From an archaeon (GTDB lineage: Archaea; Nanobdellota; Nanobdellia; Woesearchaeales; GW2011-AR9): a DNA stretch of 64,000 bases. Shown one piece after another: positions 39,656 through 50,233 of the stretch. The stretch is taken from NCBI GenBank assembly GCA_018696395.1, contig JABHQR010000013.1, forward strand, positions 1,802 to 65,801. Direction: 5' to 3'. The notes beneath the pieces were generated by a model that worked only from the letters and a program-made list of their open reading frames with translations, was not told where the DNA came from and made no database searches. Each line of letters begins with the position of its first letter. Position 1 is the stretch's first letter. The position numbers and the translations under genes were made by a program.

Positions 39656-41377
39656 TTGGAGGCAAGAAAAATGAGATATAAAAATACTTACGATGAACTT
39701 ATGTCAATCTATTCAGATAGATTAGATGATAATATCAGGTTCGTATTAGAACCAGGTATGTTTAAAACATCAAATCAAATTGAAACAATTACTGAGCAAT
39801 TATATTCACAAAAAGATAATGTTGAAAAATTAAGAAAAAAGGATTATAATCAATTGTCTATTGATGAGCTAATCAAAGTTAGTATTCAAATGGTATCATT
39901 AGAAGACACTTGCCAAAATCTTCAACAACAACACAGGTCTATACCAGAAAGAGATAATTATGAACTTCTTGCCACTAAAATTTTAGACATAAGCCAAAGA
40001 ATTGATGATGGTTTCATTAACATAGCAAACGAATTAAAAGATGATTTTGAAGTTAGATATAGTTCACTAAAAAATTTGAGGCCAGGAGATATTGAACAGG
40101 CTGGAGAATTAAGGTCAGAATTAAATCACCTAATCTCAAAAGTAGATTACTTTGAAGAGATATTTGACCAAAGAAAAATTGATCAATCAGTGATGAATGA
40201 AATTAAAAGTAATTTTAATAATTATATGCAAGAAAGTAAGGAGATTAATTCAATTACACAAAATTTTAATAATATTGTTGAAACTTATCAATCATTATCA
40301 ACATCCCACGAGATTAGAAAATTCATTAGATCAAATTTAAGAAATTTTGAAAATAGAATTATTAAAGGAAAATTACTCAAAGATTGTGAATCTGCAAATT
40401 ATCATGAAATGATTCCTAAAATTGAATTTTTAAAAGAAGAGTTTAATTCTATGTTAGAAAATTCTGAAGATTCAATTAATCTTAGAAATGAAATGAGATC
40501 ATACTTGGAAGGATTAGAAACAATTTCAGATTATGTTGATAGTATGGGCAGTGAAGATAAAATTGTTAAAACTAAAGATAAAGTTATATTAAATAGAATT
40601 ATCAATAATATCAACCCAGATAGATTTTCTCAAGAAAAAGGATCAATTTATTTAGATTCTTTAGTTTCTCAAGTTAGTTCCACAGCTTCAGAAATAATGA
40701 ACAAAGTAAAACAATTATATCAACAAGATTTTGATTTTGAGATTTCCAGATATAATTTAGGAATTAAAGGGAGATTATTGGAAAAAATAACTCTCTCGGA
40801 TTCAGAAGAAAATATTTGTTCCATGATAGATAATTATAATCTACTTAATCAGGAAGTAACTTTGTTCTTAAACAATCAATATAATGGTAAAATTGAACAA
40901 GTTAAATATTTACAAAAATGTCAAGATAAAATTAAAAATCATTTGGCAAAAACTTCAGAATTAAGTAATGATAATTTAAAAATTAAATTTGAAAGTCTAA
41001 ACAGTTTAATTGAAATTTATTCTAAAAGAGCATTTTTTGACATCACTGGTAATCAAACAAGGGATTATGAGACATCTAACACCCCATCAAATGGAAATAA
41101 AAATAATGGTATAGAAAACAACAATAGTACTAATATTAATTCCAAAAATGAATTAATTAGTTTTGCTTACCAAGCGCACCAAGATTGTCAATCTGAAGAA
41201 TTGAAACAAATTTGTGCAGACATAAGTTGTATTGACAGGAATGGATATCTTAAACCGTTATACAAGCGAGCTGGAAAGATTAAAGATCAATTGTCTGAGA
41301 TTAAAATTGAAGATTTACAAGATTATGAAAGATTGACTTACCGATCAATTGAAACTGCAATGGGCAGTTTGTTTTGA
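39656..41377 (+). CDS. Hypothetical all-helical/coiled-coil protein
   Basis: 573-aa ORF, helical composition, last gene of the + strand ATPase operon. Confidence 0.7.
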   Translation: MEARKMRYKNTYDELMSIYSDRLDDNIRFVLEPGMFKTSNQIETITEQLYSQKDNVEKLRKKDYNQLSIDELIKVSIQMVSLEDTCQNLQQQHRSIPERDNYELLATKILDISQRIDDGFINIANELKDDFEVRYSSLKNLRPGDIEQAGELRSELNHLISKVDYFEEIFDQRKIDQSVMNEIKSNFNNYMQESKEINSITQNFNNIVETYQSLSTSHEIRKFIRSNLRNFENRIIKGKLLKDCESANYHEMIPKIEFLKEEFNSMLENSEDSINLRNEMRSYLEGLETISDYVDSMGSEDKIVKTKDKVILNRIINNINPDRFSQEKGSIYLDSLVSQVSSTASEIMNKVKQLYQQDFDFEISRYNLGIKGRLLEKITLSDSEENICSMIDNYNLLNQEVTLFLNNQYNGKIEQVKYLQKCQDKIKNHLAKTSELSNDNLKIKFESLNSLIEIYSKRAFFDITGNQTRDYETSNTPSNGNKNNGIENNNSTNINSKNELISFAYQAHQDCQSEELKQICADISCIDRNGYLKPLYKRAGKIKDQLSEIKIEDLQDYERLTYRSIETAMGSLF

Positions 41378-41392
41378 AATAATTATTTTTTA

Positions 41393-42769
41393 TTATTCTA
41401 TTGTAAAATTTAAAGTATTTGACCTTCCGATTACCTCCCCAGAAAATCTGTTATAACATTGAACTGCCATTTCAAATTCTGAAATATCTATGCCTGACAA
41501 TAAATCAAAAATTAAAACATGATCAAAAGGATTAAAATATTGTATTTTATTTGAATTTAGTGTTAAACTTTCAATTGAATTAACATAAGATGCAACAACA
41601 TCACAATTACCATTAGAATAACCAGAATTATTAATTAAATGACAAAAATTTTTGTGTCCAGAATGAATTATTGGATCAATAGAGTTATCAAGACAAGATA
41701 ATTCAAAATTTTCATTATGTTTTTTTCTTTCAAATTCAAATTTGTACCAAGTACTGGTTCCTGAATCTTCAAGAATAGCATTTGAATTTGAGTTAATTAA
41801 TAAACTCAAATTAGAATCAATTAAAATAGGGGATTCCCTCCCAACACTAGTTACAGATTCCCCTCTTTCTTCTGCTTCAGCCATCCTTTGTTGACTTGTT
41901 TGAGAATGTGAAAAATGAGGCAAAGTTAATGCACCATTATTTTCAAAACTGCCCATGGTTCCATTTTGATATTCCCCACCATAATTATGTTCTCTTAAAC
42001 TTTCTTGAAGTTCAGTTAAACTAGTCATAAGAGGATTGTCAATAGGTAAACTTATATCTTGAGAACCTTGCTCCAAGTTATGTAAATAAATTTCATCAGA
42101 ATTTTCATTAGCATTAGTTAAAAAACCAAGTAATTCTTCAGGACTAACTCTTTCCACTAAAGGAGTTACATCTTGTTCAATATTATTTTGATTAGCATCA
42201 TTTAAACTAGGTGTTGTTGAAACTCTTCTAGAATGTGGTTTTTTATCAGCATAACTAAATTCTTGTTCAGAAAAACCTAATTCTTCAACTTGAGAAACTG
42301 GATAGTTAACAAAATAATGACTATAATTATCGCCAGACTTAATTTCAGTAATTGAACCATGTAAAGATGACATAACAACCCAACCTGAACCATATGAATT
42401 GTTATCAGAACTACAAAATAGATTAAAATTCAAGTTATAATTTTCGCCTAACGTAGCGTTAAGTCTTGTTATATCTAATTTATTTCCTGGTAAAGAAAGA
42501 TTATCTAAAGATACAACATTACCATCTTTTACTACAACATATTTCAAATTACATCGCTGCCAATTAGTTAACATGTTAACAGGACCTAACCAACAGAAAT
42601 CACCATCATCTAAAGGCACATTTTTATTACACGCAATTTTACCATCAAAATAATAAAATGATTGTGTTCTTTTTTGTTCTTTTTGTTTTTCAAGTTCAGA
42701 AAGTTTTGATCCTTCTTCGTTTGCCTTATTTATATCTTCTTCACCCATTATACTTACTACAAGTTCCAA
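41393..42769 (-). CDS. Hypothetical protein, two beta-rich domains joined by a disordered linker
   Basis: 458-aa ORF, last gene of the kinase operon; C-terminus ...GEVIGRSNTLNFTIE is Ig-like. Confidence 0.65.
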   Translation of the reverse strand: MELVVSIMGEEDINKANEEGSKLSELEKQKEQKRTQSFYYFDGKIACNKNVPLDDGDFCWLGPVNMLTNWQRCNLKYVVVKDGNVVSLDNLSLPGNKLDITRLNATLGENYNLNFNLFCSSDNNSYGSGWVVMSSLHGSITEIKSGDNYSHYFVNYPVSQVEELGFSEQEFSYADKKPHSRRVSTTPSLNDANQNNIEQDVTPLVERVSPEELLGFLTNANENSDEIYLHNLEQGSQDISLPIDNPLMTSLTELQESLREHNYGGEYQNGTMGSFENNGALTLPHFSHSQTSQQRMAEAEERGESVTSVGRESPILIDSNLSLLINSNSNAILEDSGTSTWYKFEFERKKHNENFELSCLDNSIDPIIHSGHKNFCHLINNSGYSNGNCDVVASYVNSIESLTLNSNKIQYFNPFDHVLIFDLLSGIDISEFEMAVQCYNRFSGEVIGRSNTLNFTIE

Positions 42770-42798
42770 AGATTGTTCATTTGCTAGACTAATCTCTT

Positions 42799-44802
42799 CT
42801 ACTTCTGGCCTATAGACTTTTTTTTTATCCCCGAAGAAGGGGAAGAGGTTTGTAATCCACCACGTCTTGGAATTGATTCAGAATTCTCTTTTGGAGGACA
42901 ACAATAAGTATGTTCTTCACAAACTTGAAGATTATTTTGTTCAATAAGTTCAGGAGTAGTATAATTATTTAAGTTTTTACAAAATCCCCCTTTTCTAGAT
43001 TTATCCTGACGACATTCATATTCGGACCAATTAGTTGGTGGCACAAAATCATCTTTAACATACTCACTACCACAAACAGATATTTTTGAAATCTCAACTG
43101 TTATTGGGATTGTACCTGAAGAATGTCTTTCTTTATAGTCACCATAATATTCCTGAATATCAGAAGACACATCAGAAATAAAAGGAGATATGTAATTTTT
43201 AATGGTATGTTTACCAATAGCATAAATTCCAATTGCTCCAGCTCCCACCATTAAAAATCCTAAAACACCTAAACTGGCATAAGCTGCTTCTCTTTTAAAA
43301 CCATTTAGACTAAACCCACTTTTGTTTACTAAAGGTTTAGTAACTATTTGTTCTTGTTTTTCAATTATCAAATTAATATTTGGTTTTACTAAAGGATCAT
43401 AAGTTTTCTTAGCATTGATATTAAAAGCCAATCCAAAACTATCTAACAAGACACTATCAGAATCATAATTATTATCAGTAATCAAATCAGATTTTTTATC
43501 AACATCAGAATAATATAATCCTAATGGCCCTAATATATCTTCAAAATCTGTTTCATTTAAGATTGATTTATATTCAGATTTTTTTTCGGAGGAATGCACA
43601 TATTCTACCATATCAATCCTTAAATTGAATTCTTCTTCAATTTTTGTTAATCTATCAGTAATATTTTTTGAATTTTTAAATCTTGATTTTCGATTAATAG
43701 CTGTACCTTCAAAAATTAAATCAACTAAGTTTCCTATTAATGAATCATAATCTTTAACATCTTTAGATTCTCCCTTAAATCTATCGTATGCTTGTTCAGT
43801 AATATCAACTTTTATAGATTTTAATTTAGTTTCTAAATTATCCTTTTTTTCTTTTTCAACTTCATCATTAAAGGAACGACTATTCGCAAAATTCCTGTCA
43901 TTTTCTGAGATATTATGATTATTATAAAAATGTTCAACTAGTCTACCTGTAAACATTAAGCAGACTAAATTTGCAGTACAATATGTGTCAATTTCTGGTA
44001 AAGCTTGACCATACTGTTTTAAGTCAGGGGGCGAATAAATTGAATTTGCAATTATATCATCTTTAGCATAATATTTGTTCTTGATATTTTCAGCAGATGC
44101 TTTATTAAATAGCTCTTTTACAGATTTATTTTTCTGCCTAGAGATTCCAAAATCATTAACAATACATCTTCTCTGCCCTATTTTCCCTACTAGAAGCATA
44201 TTACCAGGATTTAAATCAAAATGAATAATACCATCACCACCCATATTGTGATATATTTCTAATTGCTCAGATATATCATAAGAAATGTTAACAATTTCTT
44301 TTAATGATAATGGGGCGATATTATTAGAATGTACCTCGTGAGCAAATATTTCTTTATCTTCATTTTCAAAATTAGGAATTTTTACACCTAATAAAGATTC
44401 TAAAGTAGATAAAGTTTCAAATTTAGTTCTAAGATTATTAAAAAATAAACAAGTTGATTCATTAATTTGATAAGCACCCAAATATTCTCTTCCCTTAATT
44501 GCCCAATTATCATAAATTTCAGGAAATTTTTGTTTATTAAATGAAATAAATGTTTCAACGATATTTTCATTATGAATTATTTGAGATGAATCTGAGATTG
44601 GACATAGATCAGGATCATTAGTTGTTGTTTTTAAGAAACTATTAGCTTCATTACGATCTTCAGGAGGATTTCCTCCTAAATGGGCAGTAAATCTCATGGA
44701 GATAGACCCTTTATGAGCTGAGTCAGATAAAGGATTCCAAATTCTAACTTTATCTTTCTTGGAATCTTCAGTTACATAGTCTTTGTATTGTTTTTTTGTC
44801 AT
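42799..44802 (-). CDS. Membrane-spanning (receptor-like) Hanks-type Ser/Thr protein kinase with C-terminal Cys-rich domain
   Basis: IIHFDLNPGNMLL catalytic loop, VNDFGIS, YSPPD, DTYC...LMFTG; TM ASLGVLGFLMVGAGAIGIYAIG; C-terminal six-Cys domain. Confidence 0.8.
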   Translation of the reverse strand: MTKKQYKDYVTEDSKKDKVRIWNPLSDSAHKGSISMRFTAHLGGNPPEDRNEANSFLKTTTNDPDLCPISDSSQIIHNENIVETFISFNKQKFPEIYDNWAIKGREYLGAYQINESTCLFFNNLRTKFETLSTLESLLGVKIPNFENEDKEIFAHEVHSNNIAPLSLKEIVNISYDISEQLEIYHNMGGDGIIHFDLNPGNMLLVGKIGQRRCIVNDFGISRQKNKSVKELFNKASAENIKNKYYAKDDIIANSIYSPPDLKQYGQALPEIDTYCTANLVCLMFTGRLVEHFYNNHNISENDRNFANSRSFNDEVEKEKKDNLETKLKSIKVDITEQAYDRFKGESKDVKDYDSLIGNLVDLIFEGTAINRKSRFKNSKNITDRLTKIEEEFNLRIDMVEYVHSSEKKSEYKSILNETDFEDILGPLGLYYSDVDKKSDLITDNNYDSDSVLLDSFGLAFNINAKKTYDPLVKPNINLIIEKQEQIVTKPLVNKSGFSLNGFKREAAYASLGVLGFLMVGAGAIGIYAIGKHTIKNYISPFISDVSSDIQEYYGDYKERHSSGTIPITVEISKISVCGSEYVKDDFVPPTNWSEYECRQDKSRKGGFCKNLNNYTTPELIEQNNLQVCEEHTYCCPPKENSESIPRRGGLQTSSPSSGIKKKSIGQK

Positions 44803-44831
44803 TCTAATTTTTATGACCTCATATTTTTCAT

Positions 44832-46097
44832 CTATTCACTTTGAGTTTTTGGACAACAAGCATGAAATGGCTTTTTGCTGGAATACACTTCATTTATTTT
44901 TTCTTGAGTTTCAAAACCAGCGATAGTTACATCCATTAATTCACACCCCAATATGCTGGGTTCATATAAATGAATCCATTCCTCAGTAAAATAACCTTTA
45001 TAACTAAGGCAACCATTATGGGTAACATCACTTAATTCTGCAACCCTACATTCATAATCTGCAACTTCAGGAATTTTACTAAACCCACACAATACTGTTT
45101 GAGGATTATTTGATGTGTCAAATACAACAGGTAGCCCATGAGGATTATCATCTTCTGAAGAATATTTCACATCTTCAACAAGCCCATTATTTTGTAATTC
45201 AGTTACTGGAATGGTATTAATTACCGCTTGGTTTGTTGAATTATCATGTTCTATTCTAACTTCAAGTAGTTCTGAATTAATTTTTGGAGTATTACATTTC
45301 GCTTTAATATACAGGTGATTAAGTTGGTTAATGACTTCTTCACCTTGAACAAGATTTAATTGATTAATAACATCATTTAAATTTATTATTACCGAATCAT
45401 TTTGAAAAATATAATTTGACATTTGAGTCATTTCACTTACTAAATTTAATTTTGCCCAAACAATACATCCACTTTTAGTAGGTTGATCATAATCAAACAG
45501 TTTAATTGTACAAGTTTCGTCTTCATCACTACTAAAAATAATACTACCAGGACAATTTTCGAATTTAAAGTAAGGTTCTTTTACATTTTCAATGGGATTA
45601 TTTTCTGGTTCACTTAAACGTTTGATTGTTTCATCAACATTGTAAGTTTGAGAGTTATCTTCTGGAGATAAATATTCATTTTGATTTAGATAATGTACCA
45701 CCCCAATTGAAGTTAAAATTAATCCAGAAAAAATAAAGCCGAGATTACGTTGTCTTTTCAATTTTTTAAATTTAGTGATTACTGCATCACGAACTTCAAT
45801 AGAAGTTAAATCAGCATTTAACTTAAGATTATCTTGGAGTGTAATAAGATGGGAATTATTCTGTTGAATTAATTCTTCAACACTTACTTTTAATTTCTCA
45901 ATACCTTCTTCAGTATAATCAATGTTAATGTTTTCTTCTTTACCATAAAGTGCTTCAGAAATTGGTTGAATTATTTTTTCTAAAGTTTTATTTTTAGATT
46001 GAAAATCACTAGTGATTTCACTTAATCTGTCAAGAGTACTACGTAATTCTTTACAATAGTTTACTAATTCCGATGACTTAATTGTTTTTTTTGACAT
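44832..46097 (-). CDS. Single-pass membrane protein: cytoplasmic coiled coil, extracellular Cys-rich domains
   Basis: TM LGFIFSGLILTSIGVVHYL after KKLKRQR; C-terminal CG...YECR...C...C...CCPK. Confidence 0.75.
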   Translation of the reverse strand: MSKKTIKSSELVNYCKELRSTLDRLSEITSDFQSKNKTLEKIIQPISEALYGKEENINIDYTEEGIEKLKVSVEELIQQNNSHLITLQDNLKLNADLTSIEVRDAVITKFKKLKRQRNLGFIFSGLILTSIGVVHYLNQNEYLSPEDNSQTYNVDETIKRLSEPENNPIENVKEPYFKFENCPGSIIFSSDEDETCTIKLFDYDQPTKSGCIVWAKLNLVSEMTQMSNYIFQNDSVIINLNDVINQLNLVQGEEVINQLNHLYIKAKCNTPKINSELLEVRIEHDNSTNQAVINTIPVTELQNNGLVEDVKYSSEDDNPHGLPVVFDTSNNPQTVLCGFSKIPEVADYECRVAELSDVTHNGCLSYKGYFTEEWIHLYEPSILGCELMDVTIAGFETQEKINEVYSSKKPFHACCPKTQSE

Positions 46098-46435
46098 TTT
46101 ATTTTTTAAATTGTTAAACTTAAACTAAAACCATATTCAAAATTAGATGAATTTGCTAATTTTCTTTTACTATCTGAATCTTCAATAATCAATAAATCAT
46201 CTAATTCATAAAATTTATTTTTAGGTTCATAGATTTCTAATTGGGCATGTAATCTTTTATTTTCAATTATAATTAAATTATAATTAACTTCTAAAATATT
46301 ATAATTAACTTCAAGTTCTTCTGATTTTCTTTTATATCCCTCTGTGATTTCACTTAATTCGTCAAGAGTACTACGTAATTCTTTACAATAGTTTACTAAT
46401 TCCGATGACTTAATTGTTTTTTTTGACATTTTATT
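46012..46435. repeat. 92-bp direct repeat (46012-46103 and 46344-46435) covering the start and first ~29 codons of two adjacent genes
   Basis: Copies differ at two adjacent bases only (AATCTGTC vs AATTCGTC); both encode MSKKTIKSSELVNYCKELRSTLD(R/E)LSEIT. Confidence 0.92.
46106..46429 (-). CDS. Short coiled-coil protein sharing its N-terminus with the downstream membrane protein
   Basis: Duplicated N-terminus; internal EVNYN repeat. Confidence 0.6.
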   Translation of the reverse strand: MSKKTIKSSELVNYCKELRSTLDELSEITEGYKRKSEELEVNYNILEVNYNLIIIENKRLHAQLEIYEPKNKFYELDDLLIIEDSDSKRKLANSSNFEYGFSLSLTI

Positions 46436-46442
46436 ATTTTAA

Positions 46443-48626
46443 TTAGGATTTAAATTTTTTTAAAAGTTTAGATCCATCAAATTCATTGTATGAATCATAA
46501 AATAGCTTATCTGCTGGTAGCTCAATATCTTCAATTTGGTTATCAGTATCTTGTTCACTTTCAAAGCCAGGTTCTTCAGCAGAGGTCATATCTTCTGATG
46601 TTTGAGTAACCATTACTTCGTTGACAACATCATGATCAAATTTTGGTACAGATTCTAAATTATGTTCTAACTCAGAATTGATACTCTCAGGCTGATGTGC
46701 ACCATTATCATTATCTTTAACCTGTAATCCTTGATGTAAAGTTTCAATTACTATTTTTTTTGTGTTAAGTTCTTCTTTTAATTTTTCAAGTTCGTCTGTT
46801 TGGTTAAAAAAATCCTTTTGAAGAGTGATATAATTTCCTTGATGAGTACTTAATTCTTGACCCTGTGTTTCAAAAGAGACTTCCAACTGACTATATTTAT
46901 TTGTTTCAATTCTTAATGATTCTTTTACACCAGATAATTCATCTGTATGATATTCAAAAAATTGTTTGAAATTAGATAAAGAAATATCTCTTAAATTCCT
47001 CAACCTTTTAAGTTTATTTTTTAATTCTTTCTCACTTATCACTAATTTTTTTATTTCATCTTTAAATTTATCTTGATTATCTTCAAGAATATCAACAAGA
47101 TAACCTAACTTCCCAGCTTCATCATAAAAACAGATTAAATTTTGATCTAATTTTCCTAGTTCCAGTTCTTGCCTGCCTAATTCTGATTGAGAATGAAAAT
47201 AATTAATTTTCCAAAATATTTTTTCTCCTTGATTTTGTTCAGATTCTAATTTTAAATCGTTTATTCTAATTAAGTTACTTTCAAATAATTTTGAATTATA
47301 TTTTAAAACAGACTGGTTAAGATTTAAAGCAGTATTAATACGAGATACTTTTAATTTTGTTTCTTCAGATCCATCATAAAAATAGATTAAATTTTGAAAA
47401 GTTTCATTAAGTAATTCATTCTGATTGAAACATTTTCTTTTGAGAGACTTAACTCGAGATTCTAATTTAATCTTTTTTTTTTCAACCTTTTTATAATCTC
47501 CAAAAAATATTTTAAATGCATTATTTAAAATATCAAAAACGGTACATTTAGCTTGATAATTTGATTTTAAATCATCATAATCTTTACTTACCTGATCTAG
47601 TCTCCCCCCAGCATTAACTAATTCACCTTCAACATTTGATAGTTTGGATTCTAATTCCATTACCCTTTGATTAGAGTTAGCCATCTTACCTACTTGATCT
47701 TCTAAATCTACATACACTAAAGCAGTATCATCAAATTTCAAACTGTAAAAATTCTGAGAATCGTTCACAAAATCAACTAATTTAGAAATTTTATTTTCAC
47801 AATAAGCTTTAATTACCAGTTCAATATAATTTTCAATATTTTCATCTGTCATAGGGCCACTTTGACCAAGATCATACCTATTAAATACAAACTCGTTTAA
47901 TTTATCTACACCCAAACTTCTTAATCGATCTCTAGGATTTTCTACTTTATCTATCAAAACATTAATTTTTTGATCAGGGGTATAGCTCTTATCAATGATT
48001 ACTTTTTCAATAACTTTCCCAGGAACCCTATCAAGCCCATCAGTGTAAAGGAATAAAGCAGAAACATTTTCTAAAGAAATTTCTTTGTAATTTATCCTAT
48101 CTTCAATACTTCCCCTAACTCTCCCACCATTATCAAGTTCATTGTTAATTAAATCTGCTCCAACAACATTTGGAGGTGGAGGATTAGTTCCCACACCATG
48201 TTCACGAGCAATAATTTCAGGAGAATATTTTCCTGATTTAAGCACCCCTATTGCACTATCCCCAATATTAACAAGATACGCAGTATTTTCATTTTTATTT
48301 ACTAAAGCCAAAGATAATGTTGATTCTGAAATATTGTTTAAAAGTAATTTATTAGCCTCGATAACATTTTCCCTTAATAAATTTTCATAATCTTCAATTT
48401 CAGTGTATTGTAATATATTTTTGATGTTTCGGTGTAATTGAGATACTAATAAATTACTTGCCTCATTTCCTCTACGATCATTTCTCCCATCAGCTACAAT
48501 ATACAAACCAAATAGATTAGTAATTTCACTATTTTTTACTTCAAATTCTAAGTTCAACAAACTGTCATCATTCATTAAACGATATTGTCCGGAAATATTT
48601 TTTGCATATGATCTCATTTTACACAC
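46443..48626 (-). CDS. PP2C/PPM-family Ser/Thr phosphatase with long C-terminal coiled coil
   Basis: LYIVADG, STLSLALV, VNIGDS, FLYTDGL, DDTALVYV PPM motifs, then ~400 aa coiled coil/acidic tail. Confidence 0.85.
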   Translation of the reverse strand: MCKMRSYAKNISGQYRLMNDDSLLNLEFEVKNSEITNLFGLYIVADGRNDRRGNEASNLLVSQLHRNIKNILQYTEIEDYENLLRENVIEANKLLLNNISESTLSLALVNKNENTAYLVNIGDSAIGVLKSGKYSPEIIAREHGVGTNPPPPNVVGADLINNELDNGGRVRGSIEDRINYKEISLENVSALFLYTDGLDRVPGKVIEKVIIDKSYTPDQKINVLIDKVENPRDRLRSLGVDKLNEFVFNRYDLGQSGPMTDENIENYIELVIKAYCENKISKLVDFVNDSQNFYSLKFDDTALVYVDLEDQVGKMANSNQRVMELESKLSNVEGELVNAGGRLDQVSKDYDDLKSNYQAKCTVFDILNNAFKIFFGDYKKVEKKKIKLESRVKSLKRKCFNQNELLNETFQNLIYFYDGSEETKLKVSRINTALNLNQSVLKYNSKLFESNLIRINDLKLESEQNQGEKIFWKINYFHSQSELGRQELELGKLDQNLICFYDEAGKLGYLVDILEDNQDKFKDEIKKLVISEKELKNKLKRLRNLRDISLSNFKQFFEYHTDELSGVKESLRIETNKYSQLEVSFETQGQELSTHQGNYITLQKDFFNQTDELEKLKEELNTKKIVIETLHQGLQVKDNDNGAHQPESINSELEHNLESVPKFDHDVVNEVMVTQTSEDMTSAEEPGFESEQDTDNQIEDIELPADKLFYDSYNEFDGSKLLKKFKS

Positions 48627-50203
48627 CTAAAAGACACATCATAAGAGCCAATTCTGTGATTAGCTGGAAAAATAAATTGGACATGTTTTGAATTATTTTC
48701 TTTTAATAAACTAGCTTGATAATCATTAAAATAATCAACATAATTGTCTGGAATTTTATTAAGATCTAAACTTAAAATTTGACCTTTATCAACCATTCGC
48801 TCATTTAAAAGAAATTTTGCTTCTTCAGTTATGGCCCTACCTCTTCGATTGATTCCTTTCTTAGCATTATTGAAAAAATCGTACAGGTCCCCTTGAGAAG
48901 CTATTGAATTGGTTGTATAAGCTTTTTGAAATAGGTCAGTAAAATTAATATTGATATAAAAATTACGATAAGTAAAATGTAACACATTCTTAGTAGTTTT
49001 AAAATTTTTAATTGAGCTCTCACGATAACTGGATTTGTTGAAAGGAAAGTCGTCCAAATCATTCAATGTAACTCCCAAATAATCTTTCATAGAAATTAAC
49101 TGAATTTTTTTATGAAATTCTAAATTAATTGAATTTTCATTTTGATTAATTTTATAACATTTCAGAATACCTTTACTTAAACCAAGGATAGCATAATAAT
49201 CATCATAATGTTTAACTAATTTAACCGAACCGATATCTGAAGAAGGAACCAATAATTCATCATTGTTAAAAAAAGGAGAGATCATTTTTCCCTCATTGTT
49301 TTTTTCACCAGGGCCATGATAATATTTTCTAACTTCATTACCTTCCCCCTCTTTACCTATGTATATCCCTAAATTATTATCTGTATACAAGATTAAATCT
49401 CCCAAAACATCTAAATTTAAAATTTTACGATTTTGTTTACCGTTAGATATTCTTTTAACCTCATTAATTTCATTAGTTAAAGGATCAAAATCTAAAATTC
49501 TTAATATGTTTTGATTTGGAACATAAAGATTCAATTTTTTGATATTTGGATTTTTAAAATCTACAACATTTCTAGCAATTACTGGCCCAGATATTTCAAT
49601 AGGTCCATTATGATCTTTCAATAAAACTAATTTTTCTAAATCACCACTAGGACAATTAAACAAATAACCACAAGGTAATTTTACTTGGTCATCTTCAGAA
49701 GAGACAATCCTTCTAGGCAAGTATGCCCCTAGAATAAAATGGTGCTTTATTGAATTATGATTATTTTGTTCTTTTTCATAGGTTAAGTAATCTGAAGTGG
49801 AAAAGGAAACATTATCTTCACCTAAAATAGACCTCATACCTTTTAGACTATCGCTACCATCAATAAAATAATTTTGAGCTTCAATAAAACTTTTTTGTTC
49901 ATCATTAAAATCAAACCTAAAGAATCCCCTCCTACTAAAAGAATAAATTGAATTCCTTGAAATAATTAATTCCCTTGGGGAAGGTAATTCAATTTCCCGA
50001 CCTTCACTATCTAGATATTTTAAAGGTAAAAATATTGGACTAATTTCATTGAAATTAGATTCCCTACTAATTATTTGTAACCCAACACCTTCACGTTTCT
50101 TAACTGTAGAACCTACTTTTTTAGTTGATGCAACGAATGCGATATAATCTTCCAATCCATTACTAAATTCAAATCCCTTCTTCTTAAATTCTTGTTTCGC
50201 CAT
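48614..50203 (-). CDS. Probable beta-propeller protein
   Basis: Repeated short beta-strand blades e.g. ILNLDVLGDLILYTDNNLGIYIG, IGSVKLV...AILGLSKGILKCYKI. Confidence 0.5.
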   Translation of the reverse strand: MAKQEFKKKGFEFSNGLEDYIAFVASTKKVGSTVKKREGVGLQIISRESNFNEISPIFLPLKYLDSEGREIELPSPRELIISRNSIYSFSRRGFFRFDFNDEQKSFIEAQNYFIDGSDSLKGMRSILGEDNVSFSTSDYLTYEKEQNNHNSIKHHFILGAYLPRRIVSSEDDQVKLPCGYLFNCPSGDLEKLVLLKDHNGPIEISGPVIARNVVDFKNPNIKKLNLYVPNQNILRILDFDPLTNEINEVKRISNGKQNRKILNLDVLGDLILYTDNNLGIYIGKEGEGNEVRKYYHGPGEKNNEGKMISPFFNNDELLVPSSDIGSVKLVKHYDDYYAILGLSKGILKCYKINQNENSINLEFHKKIQLISMKDYLGVTLNDLDDFPFNKSSYRESSIKNFKTTKNVLHFTYRNFYININFTDLFQKAYTTNSIASQGDLYDFFNNAKKGINRRGRAITEEAKFLLNERMVDKGQILSLDLNKIPDNYVDYFNDYQASLLKENNSKHVQFIFPANHRIGSYDVSFRCVK

Positions 50204-50233
50204 TTTTTAAGTTTTTAAATTGTAATCATTTTT

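Noticed and set aside
46012-46435. Diversity-generating retroelement TR/VR pair
   Set aside because: Only two mismatches, reciprocal (AGA vs GAA); the repeat lies at gene 5' ends rather than 3' ends; no reverse transcriptase in the window
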